Origin: Octopus bimaculoides
Lineage: Eukaryota
DNA length: 64,000 nt
Reading direction: 5' to 3'
Assembly (NCBI RefSeq): GCF_001194135.2
Contig: NC_069001.1
Coordinates: 36,634,698-36,698,697 of the forward strand
The position numbers and the translations under genes are program-made. The notes below the pieces were generated by a model that was not told where the DNA came from, made no database searches, and worked only from the letters and a program-made list of their open reading frames with translations. This document shows positions 54,651 through 64,000 of this stretch, one piece after another; the first letter of the stretch is position 1, and the number at the start of each line of letters is the position of its first letter.

Positions 54651-55286
54651 TATTTCATGTGTAACAGATACCTCACTTAAGGCTATCAGTTCAAAGCTTA
54701 AACTTAGCTTACATTATTTGCGCTATTTATTCTCACGTCTTTGTTCTTGTGTTGCAGTTTTATTAACTCATATATCGCCCTGTGAAATGCCAACGCCTGG
54801 TTCTTGAGTGTTTTTACTTGAGTTCACGCTGTTGCAAATATTCCCGATTTTCTATCTACAGAAAACTTCCAACCTATCTTCCACAAACCTCGGACGTCAT
54901 GAAACGAGTCATAGTGTTATATTCCTTATTATGTTAGATTATTATAACGCCCACTTCGGTATACAGTATACTTAGTAAAACCAGTAAAGACACGACTATC
55001 TCTGACCGCCTGCTACGTTCATATTCTTCATTAAGCACTCAGGCTTTTACACAGAGAGGACAGCACAAGGACAGACAGAATACCACCGTGGGAACAAAAG
55101 CATGAAACGAAAGAAAATTGGGAAAATGTTATATAATAAATGATAATGAATGGCTGCATGAGCCCCACTCTCATGCAGTACCATTTGAACTTTCTTACAG
55201 ACAGTTTATAATCTTTTCTTCTTTCCTTTTGTTTTTTCCATTAGCATCGTTTTTTTTTTAATTTTAGTTACTCTTTTGTTTTTTTT

Positions 55287-56676
55287 TTAATAGTTCATAT
55301 ATGCTTCTAATTCTCTATATTCCATCACTGGCGGCAGTTCGTCAAACTCCACCTCAAATCCCGGTGGACCGATATCCCTTCCAAACATTTCCTTTAACCT
55401 GTTATACCTCTCTTTATCTATAACAATTGCTTTCACATTTTCCATGTAAATCTCCGTAGGCAACTTTAACTCTTATTATGGAATTAGACTTCGTTATTTT
55501 TTTTCTATCGCCGTGCTCTTGGCGTATGTTACGAAATTCCACTTATGCTTCTTCGGTTTTCTCACCTGTTTGTTTTTTTCTTTGCTCCACTCTTGGCGCC
55601 TTCACTCAGTCTTTATCCTCCTCCATTTTAGTTAGTGTCACTGCTTCACTTTCATGCTGTTGTCTCTCTAAACCACCCAAATCTTCTTCCTCCGCTAGTA
55701 TGGCTAGTACCCTTGCTACTGTCACCTCTTTCTCAGTCTCCTCCTCAATCTCCTTTTCAAGCTCCTTATCCTCTGCTATTTTTTCTGCCTCTCCGTCGGA
55801 GAGCTTACTCTTTCTTTTCTTTTTTGTTTTTTAACCACTGTGAACACTCCCTCTGTTATTACCGTCTCCTTCATACCATCTTGTACCACTTCGTCCACTT
55901 TCTCTTGCTCTTCAGACTGTTCCATCTGTTGTTCCTCCTCTCTCTGGGGTCACCTCGCCTTCATGTAGCCTTTTCTCCACATTGTTAACATATAGGAGGC
56001 CTGCCCTCCGCTACTACTCTCGGCCTCACATCCTCGGGTAAAACTATTTCCTCCACAATTTTATTTAATTCTCTCAAACCCGCTTATATGGCCATCTCTA
56101 TGCTACAACCCCACAAATTCAACCTTTTGGTTCTCGTCACTTTAAGCATTTTTGCGTCCTCCTCCATGTTAAACACTACTGCTGTTACCAACCCTGTTTC
56201 ATTCATTTCCGGGGGCACCCCTCCCATCCAACCCCCGGCAACACACCCACCACAGCACGTTGGCAAAAGTACTCATTCCTCCGTCCTTATGGCCACTGTG
56301 GAGCGCCTCATCGCTCCACCCCCAGTCGCGAACCGCAATTCCACCGTGCCACACCTTCCTCTTCCTGTGATGAAAGTGGTGAACCCTCCAGCTTCCTTCA
56401 GATACTCTTCAATGGCTTCAACAGTTGCAATCACAACCTTCGGGATAACACCTTCAGTGTTTTATATATCACTGTTCCCCATCTTACACCATTTGTTAGT
56501 TCATCTGGTGGCGCTAATTCTAAGGCATGGCCCACCCACCTCAATAACCCTTCGCACTCTTTCAGCTTCTTCGGTTCCACCCTCACCTCACGAACCTCCA
56601 AAGTGTCAGAGTCCACTCCTCTGCCAGCCACCACCGCCGCCGCACAACTGTGGCCCTTTACTGGTCCAATTTCCAT
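55287..56676 (-). mobile_element. Degenerate ORF1/gag-like frame of a non-LTR (L1/Tx1-like) element, no ORF2 seen
   Basis: Frameshifted minus-strand frame from ATG 56676 to TAA 55287. Contains GTVELRFAT, ..RVVAEGRPPIC*QCGEK.Y.KAR*P (decayed CCHC knuckle) and a Glu/Lys-rich tail, followed by A-rich sequence. Confidence 0.6.
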
Positions 56677-56865
56677 TTTTCTTCTTTTCTCAGGCTCCCC
56701 AACAAATGGGAAGAAAACAAACACAAATCAACAAACCCGTATGTAAAAACAGCAACTTCAACAATCAGCAATCGTAGGCACACCCACAAGGAGAGACCTT
56801 CAACAAATATATAACAATGCGACTTACGTCCAACAAGGATCAAAAATGACCAAAAAACCGGCTGC

Positions 56866-57559
56866 TGCGTACTTTCGTACTTCATGTACTTCTCTTTACT
56901 TATAGTAACTAGGTTATTTCATTCATCACGTGGGAGGGGTGCGTCATTTTTACTAATCCCCTACAACATCTCCCCTTTTAAATTTTTCATGGGAAATGTC
57001 ATTTCGAGAAACTATCAACTACCACTAAGTAGTACGAACCATTTAAAGGACCAGCGAAATCGATTTGTAGTCTCGACCACGGAACATCTACTTTTGGCTA
57101 AGGTTCACTTTTTATAGTGGGCAATTTTGCTGCTAGAGCCTTTCACTAAATTTTCGATTTCTTTGTCCATTTTCGGCCAGTATACGTAGCTACACATTAA
57201 AGCTTTCATCCTTGTAATACCAGGATGTCCGACGTGAAATTCTCTCACCATTTTGTTTGTAGTGTTTCCGGTATCACTACTCTCTGTTCATATATCAGCA
57301 TGCCATCACACATTGAGTATAGATTCACGTCTTGGTTTCGTTTCACACCAAACCTATTCCTGTTTTCTTTTGTGGAACACAGTGTTCTTTTTGTTTCCTT
57401 TATAAACTGGTCTTTTACACGACAAAATTAACTCCGATACGAATATCTCAAACCGCCTAATACGTACTTTCGTACTTCACGTGCTTCCCTTTACTTATAG
57501 TGACTATGTTATTCTGTTCGTCACATGAAAGGGACCATTATTAATAATTCCCTACAACA
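56866..57559 (-). mobile_element. Miniature Ty3/Gypsy LTR element (TRIM-like) with integrase remnant
   Basis: Direct repeats of about 100 bp (57461-57559 and 56866-56968) start TGTTGTAGGG on -. A polypurine tract AAAAGGGGAGA (56979-56969) abuts the 3' LTR. The interior reads RVVIPETLQ..EFHVGHPGITRMKAL..YVYWPKMDKEIE...PWSRLQIDFAGPLNGSYYLVVVDSFSK. Confidence 0.85.
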
Positions 57560-58281
57560 CATAGAATTTCTGAAAAAGTTCATTTATCCCCTTCTGAGAT
57601 AACTCTTGCAGTTAGTCCACATGCATTCCGTAGTGAATGAAATAAGTACTTGCTAAATACTGAGATTAACTCAAACACCTGAAACATCTATTCCAAAGAT
57701 GTAGCCTTGTAGCTATATTGATTTCAAATTTTGGCTCAAGGTTAGCAACATCAGATGTGGGGTAAGTCGATTACATCGACCCCAGTCCTCAACTGGTACT
57801 TTATTTATCGACCACGAAAGGATGAAAGACAAAGATGATCTCGGCGAAATTTGAAATCAGAACGTAAGGACGGACAAGATGCCGCCAAGCATTTTGCCCA
57901 GCGTGCAAACGATTCAGCCTAGAAGAATTTTTAGTCGAATGAATCAAACCCAGTACTTATTATGTCGGTCTATTTTGCCAAACCGCTAGATTACGGGGAC
58001 GTAAACAAACTAGCACCGGTTGTCAAGCGGCCGGGAGGGGGGACAAACACAGATGCACACACACACACACACACACACATACACTTACGACGGGTTTCTT
58101 TCAGCTTCCGTCTACTAAATCCACACAGTTTTGATCGGCCCGATGCTCCCAACCACATGGTTCTGGGTTCAGTCTCACTACGTGGCACCTTGGGCATGTG
58201 TCTTCCATTATAGCTTTGAGCCAACCAAAGCCTTGTGAGTGGGGAGTGGATTTGATAGACGGAAACTGAAAGAAGCCCGTC

Positions 58282-58356
<75 letters not shown>

Positions 58357-58687
58357 TTGATATATAAAAATATATATCGGGAGGGAACACGTACGAATAC
58401 GAGTCCAGCTGCTTGCTAGAAAGAGATGCTAATGTCTAAAAACTATCTAACATATCACCATAAAATAACACGCGTCGTACACGTGCAAATAAACGAAACA
58501 GATTCATGAAGCGGTTCAATTCACATCAACTGATTTCAAGATTAAGGGGCAATCCCTTTTTCTATCATCAGTGTAATACAACCAGGTGAATGCACATAAC
58601 CACGAACAAAAATACATACCTGTGGAATAGAAGAAGCTCCGCACCGTGAATACGTTGTTGGTACTTATACACATAATAAAAATTCAA

Positions 58688-58868
58688 AAATCAGGTATCG
58701 TTTAGCTACCTGATAAAATCTATTGATAAAATCTATTGATAAAATCTAACGTAGATTTTATCTTGAATTTTTTGTATATAAAAAATTTTTTTTTTCAATA
58801 TACCATTTCACCCAAACCAAAATTATTCAATTATTTAACACGTGGTCGAAATAAACGATACCTGATTT
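58688..58868. repeat. 181-bp segment bounded by a perfect 17-bp inverted repeat with an internal 13-bp triplication
   Basis: aaatcaggtatcgttta (58688-58704) / taaacgatacctgattt (58852-58868); (tgataaaatctat)x3 from 58711. Confidence 0.7.
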
Positions 58869-60216
58869 ATGTATGTTGTACAATATATCTTAGATGTTAT
58901 ATCATTCTACATTTTGAAACACATGTAATACGCATTTTTAAAGATAAAATGTACTTCGACCTCTTCATTCAAGGTAAAAGAAAAAAATAAATGGAGAAAA
59001 AGATAAATGGACAAATTCCAATTTATGCATGATGGCTTTTCCAATTTTTTTTTTCTGTAAAAATATAAATTATAAGTATTTCAAAATGTGGAATACTACA
59101 TGATGAAAAACAACAAAACGGAAGAAAAAAATAGTGGTGGCTTGTGTTGTGAGCGGTGTGAGTAGAGGTTTCAAAAAATACGGATTAGAAAGTTTTATTT
59201 CAAAGTAAGTCCGCTGGTGAGTATTATGAAATGTGGGACATTTATAAAATGTGAAAAAGGCTGGAGAAAAAGAAAAAAAAAACAGAAATTCTGATAGTCT
59301 GACGAATACATAATTAAATGCCTCTTTCTACTTTTTCCAGACATTCTTAATGACAGAGTTTCTAAAATAAGAATTTGAAATAAATTGTTGAAAACACCGA
59401 AAATCAAAAAAATCGGGCTGGTTAAATGAGCTCCGATTGGAACTTCACTACAATAACGTTATGCACTTCTTACGATATTTTAACAGTTCTAAAAAACAAA
59501 ATTGTTATATTAATCTATATTTATAATTACTGTTGTTTTAATCAATGTAAGAATTTGTTGGGTGGGGCCTATATCTAAAGCAAATATACGAAGACAAATT
59601 CTAAAGTTTGTCTGATACTGAATACTTACAAACTTTATAAAATGGGTGTTTTTTTTTTCTTTCTTTTCCAGGTTATTTCGCATGCTTTCAACAAATATTA
59701 CATCAAAAGCACGAATAAACGGCTCCTTTCTCCGGAAAAGGAAAGATTTGGCTGCTATTCTTCTTTCATGCCCCGCTATCATGTAACAGGTATTTCGGGA
59801 TAATTCCAGATCCCGGATTTCTGGTTTATAAATGTATGAACATTTAATGTGGTTTTAGAGTCAAAGTTTGACTGCTATTTCAAGCATGGTGGTATCTCTT
59901 AGATACCCTAAATTATAATTATANNNNNNNNNNNNNNNNNNNNNNNNNNNNNNNNNNNNNNNNNNNNNNNNNNNNNNNNNNNNNNAAGAAAATGCATGAA
60001 AAGACTTTGTATTTCAATGAAGCTCAATAAATCCCATTTTTTTTTCTGTTTCAGGTAGTACTCACTATGGCCTGCAGTGGAGTGCATTTATTTTTGAAGA
60101 GTTTGTATTTCTTGTTTCTTCATGTGTTTGTTTTTTATTAACCTTTGAAATCAGGGCAACCTTTCTGCTGCATTATTTACATTTGATGGATATTTGTCCT
60201 CATCTTGTTTGTTGTT

Positions 60217-60262
60217 AACACAACGTTTCGGCTGATATACCCTCCAGCCTTCATCAGGTATC
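60217..60262 (-). ncRNA. Minimal type I hammerhead ribozyme-like motif
   Basis: Minus strand: GATAC-CTGATGA-A-GGCTG-gagggtatat-CAGCC-GAAAC-GTT-GTGTT. Core, 5-bp stem II, 5-bp stem I (two G-U pairs) and palindromic ACGU stem III are all present. Confidence 0.65.
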
Positions 60263-60351
60263 TTGGGAAATTTCGAACCTGGGTTCTCATTTCTAAAGTA
60301 TTTTTCGGTTTTGTTATTGTTGTTATTATTATTATTATTATTATTATTAAT

Positions 60352-60700
60352 ATTAAGGAAACTACCTGGCGATGTTTCGCCTTTGTATAACCTATCACAG
60401 CTGCATGGGATGGAGTACACGCGGTTTTTGGTCATTTTCTCTTCTATTGGTGGTTTTACTCGAAGGAGATATTTGCAAAGAGTTGTACTACTCTTGAATA
60501 CTGTCCTGATGTCATATGGGCTGCATATCTTTTGTATCTTTTCGGAGAGGCCTTTCACATAGAGTAGACAGTCTGTGGACAGTTTAATGGTTTCATCCTC
60601 TCTTTTCTTTATAATTGGAGTGGATAGTATGTTTTGGGGATAGTTGTTGCTTAATAGATTGTTACTGAGCTTGATCATTTCCGCGTGGTGGGTATCACGT
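60352..60700 (-). mobile_element. Penelope-like fragment (linker and start of GIY-YIG) from a second family
   Basis: LLYVKGLSEKIQKICSPYDIRTVFKSSTTL..LLRVKPP...KNRVYSIPCSCDRLYKGET is typical of the PLE LPYVKGLSE...VYxIPCxC..YIGET region. Confidence 0.82.
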
Positions 60701-60887
60701 TCGCTACTTATATTCTTTGCTCGATGTTTTTTTCAACGCCCCTGAACAAGATCTTATCACTTCCTCCATGTGGCTGGTACCGACCACCTCGCTAACCAAC
60801 GTTTTAATGTATGTCACGTTCGATCAATCGCACAACTAACGTTTCATCGACTTAACCAATGGAGGATTTATCACTCACTCACACATG

Positions 60888-61006
<119 letters not shown>

Positions 61007-61399
61007 TTGTGTGTGTGCGTATGTGTCTGTGAGTGATAAATTTCCATTGGTTAAGACGATGAAACGGTAGTTGTTCGATCGATCGAACTTCAGATCCATT
61101 CAAACGGTGGTTAGAAGGATGGTCGGTACCGCCCCCTCGGGAACAGCAATAAGACCTAGTGCGGATGTTTGAAAATCGATCTGTAAAAAATTGCTTGAAC
61201 TAGGTTATCTCCTCAAAACAAGTACAAAGAAGAAAAATAAAATAAAAAAACCGAAAAGTACATTGACAAATCTGATTATAAAATTCCCAACAAAGATATA
61301 TATTAAACAAAAGCAGCGTTAACAACGCTAACGACAAGTGTATCAGCAACAACAGAATAAAAATTACATACATACGCGCGCGCGCGTGTATGTGAGAAT

Positions 61400-61718
61400 T
61401 CGCGTGGGTTAGTGGTTAGGATATAAGGATCACGATCGTTAGATCGGGAGTTCAGTTCCCGGTGATGCATTGTGCCCTTGAGCATGACACTTTATTTCAC
61501 GCTGCTCCAGTCCACTCAGCTGGCAAAAATGAATAGTACTTGTATTTCAAAGGGTTAGCCCTGTCAAACTCTGAGTCACGGTGAATCTCCCTGAGAACTT
61601 ACGTTATGGGTACACATGTCTGTGGAGTGGTCAGCCACTTCACGCTAATTTCACGAGCAGGCTGTTCTGTTGATCGGATCAACTGGAAACCTCGTCGTCG
61701 TAGCCGATGGAGTGCCAT
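61400..61718 (+). mobile_element. tRNA-head SINE, family D
   Basis: A/B-box-like head, ttgtgcccttgagcatgacacttt core, gctccagtccactcagctggcaaaaatga. Related copies at 61962-62110 (+), about 17590-17770 (-) and 49200-49330 (-). Confidence 0.75.
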
Positions 61719-61738
61719 ATTTGTGTGTGTATATATAC

Positions 61739-61794
<56 letters not shown>

Positions 61795-62489
61795 GNNNNN
61801 NNNNNNNNNNNNNNNNNNNNNNNNNNNNNNNNNNNNNNNNNNNNNNNNNNNNNNNNNNNNNNNNNNNNNNNNNNNNNNNNNNNNNNNNNNNNNNNNNNNN
61901 NNNNNNNNNNNNNNNNNNNNNNNNNNNNNNNNNGTGTGTGTGTGTGTGTGTGTGTGTGTGTGGAGGCACGTGGCTTAGTAATTAGGTTGTCAGCATCATG
62001 ATCGTAAGATTGTGGTTTCGATTCCTGGACCGGGCGACGCGTTGTGTTCTTGAGCAAAACACTTCATTTCACGTTGCCCCAGTCCACCCAGCTGGCAAAA
62101 TGAGCAACGCTGCGATGGCTGAAGTGGAGGGGGCACCATGGCCGTATGTGTTAATAAGGGGTGGTTTAAGTAAACACCAATGTACACAGATCAAAAAGAG
62201 GGATGCACATTAATAATGTTCATGCCTACATGTCAAAGGTCATGCTCGCAGTTTACCCCATGTTATCATACTATGAACAGAGGATAATTAAAGAAAGCTT
62301 GTGCTGAAGTGGGGTGGTGTGGCATCATGACCCCAGACGATAATAGGGAGTATTTTAAGTAAGCACTAATGTATACTGATCAAATCAGCGAGGTAAAACT
62401 GCCCCACAATCCTTGGTGCATGAGTAAACGGTAGAAGTTGTAAGCAAAAAGCAATGTTAATCCAGTAAATTGCAAATCTAATGCAAATA

Positions 62490-62750
62490 AACTTAACAAA
62501 ACAGTTTAAAATAGTCAATTAAGCATGGGTAATATTCTTGCCAAATTTGGAGCAAATCAGTTTTGTAACTGCGGAAAAATCGAATTTTACGCAGTTATTC
62601 GCAGACTTTTCCATTCAACGAAGATTGACTCAACAAAAACGTAGGTTTAAAACAATTCTTAAAGCATGATTGACATTTGCGCCAAATTTGAAGCGAATCG
62701 GTTGGAAACGGCAGAAAACTGATTTTTACACAGTTATTAGCGGATGTTTC
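62490..62750. repeat. Diverged tandem repeat of about 141 bp (two units)
   Basis: aagcatg..gccaaatttg.agc.aatc.g..tttac.cagttatt.gc.ga recurs at 62521 and 62662. Confidence 0.65.
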
Positions 62751-63224
62751 ACAATTAACATGGTTGACCTTGACATCATCATATTTTAAGTTCGTTTTAT
62801 CATGCTTGCATAGGTTTTTACCCAGCTCATCTGTACCTCCGTACCACGTCGCTCATGCACGCTAATATAACACAACCAGCGGAGCTGGTTTGTTTCATAT
62901 ACTCTCCACCCTTCGCACATTCTCTACGCTTAAAGTTCACTTTCCCCTACCCAGCTACATTACACTACGTATACAAGCATCGTGTAATCTACTCTTCGTG
63001 CGATGACAGAGAGTATCCTTTGTTTCCAGCAGAAATAATGTTCATATTCTGGCTACTATACTTTCAGAGCACCCTCCAACCTCTACAGCTGCTTAGGTCG
63101 CCTATCTAACAGAAGGCATTTCCAATGGAGTTTTGCTAACATTGAAAAGCATTTATTGTCAGTTACATCTTCCGATTAAGAAATGGGGTTTTCACTGAAT
63201 AATACAATAAGACTAATATCGATG

Positions 63225-63412
63225 TCAAGCAAGTTCGGAGGTGGGCATAAATCGATTACATCGACCAGAGTGTTCAACTGGTACTTCGATCTCCGAAAGG
63301 GATGAAAGGCAATGTCGACTCGGCGGAATTTGAACTCAGAAAGTAAAGATGAACGAAATGCCGCCAAGCATTTCTCCCGGCGAGCTAACGATTCTGCTAG
63401 ATCGCCGCCTCT
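63225..63412 (-). mobile_element. SINE family B, CpG-intact copy
   Basis: gtcgactcggcggaatttgaactcagaa..cggcgagctaacgattctgctagatcgccgcc. Confidence 0.8.
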
Positions 63413-63857
63413 CAGTGAAACTGAGTATGGAATTGGGACCTATAGGAACGTTTGGTGCTGCTTATCAATGGTGGGTAGTGGTTTTGTATGTGTGTGTATC
63501 ACGGTGTGTAGAGGGACATAAACAATGCTTGGACCTAGGTGGACAGGGCTATGCAGCTAGTTAGATCGATGAAGAGACAGGCAATGAAGTGTAGATTAAT
63601 GACGAGACGAAAATAGAAAAATCACTTAAATTTACATAATTGATCAAACATTTTTCTTTTATCTCCGGGCTGCGGCCATGCTGGGACACCATCTTGAAGT
63701 GTTTAGTCGAACAAATTAACCCCAAAATTTATTCAGATTTTAAAGTCTGGCACTTATTCTATTTTAGTTGCCGAACCGCTAAGTTATGTGGACTTTTAAC
63801 AAATTCATACCGTTTGTCAAGTGTTGGTGAAGACAAACAAATAGCAGCACAGACACA

Positions 63858-63902
<45 letters not shown>

Positions 63903-64000
63903 ACACGCACTCACACACACATATATATATATATAGATAGATATATACGTATACAGACATATATACATACATTACACATATGCTTATATATATATATATA

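Noticed and set aside
62855-63109. 84-aa + ORF; the minus strand has a QLRWL motif recalling the RTE ORF2 C-terminus
   Set aside because: The ORF has no recognisable homology, and the LINE similarity is too fragmentary to call.

Overview
Draft-assembly window from an AT-rich, microsatellite- and SINE-saturated animal genome with many N gaps. The repeat families and the gene are most consistent with an octopus/coleoid cephalopod (inference; no search run). Left part (1 to about 45.3 kb): the body of a neuron navigator gene (NAV2/UNC-53/sickie family) on +. Four coding exons splice in frame (12382-12465, 42251-42374, 42964-43109, 43508 into a gap). They include a 29.8-kb intron packed with CpG-decayed SINEs, MITEs, a near-perfect 43-bp hairpin and decayed hammerhead-like motifs. 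An exactly 100-N gap (45268-45367) marks a switch to CpG-retaining sequence, and no further NAV exons are recognisable after it. Right part: a decayed Penelope element (RT + GIY-YIG); an uninterrupted exon of about 955 codons on - (51345-54214) encoding an unrecognised, probably secreted polyampholyte with alternating Asp/Glu-rich and Lys/His-rich blocks (best candidate for a novel system, possibly statolith/biomineral matrix); an ORF1-only LINE-like remnant; a 694-bp miniature Gypsy LTR element; and a second Penelope fragment followed by a structurally plausible minimal hammerhead ribozyme. Most other ORFs in the supplied track are microsatellite, gap or antisense artefacts. All family calls come from motif recognition by eye.
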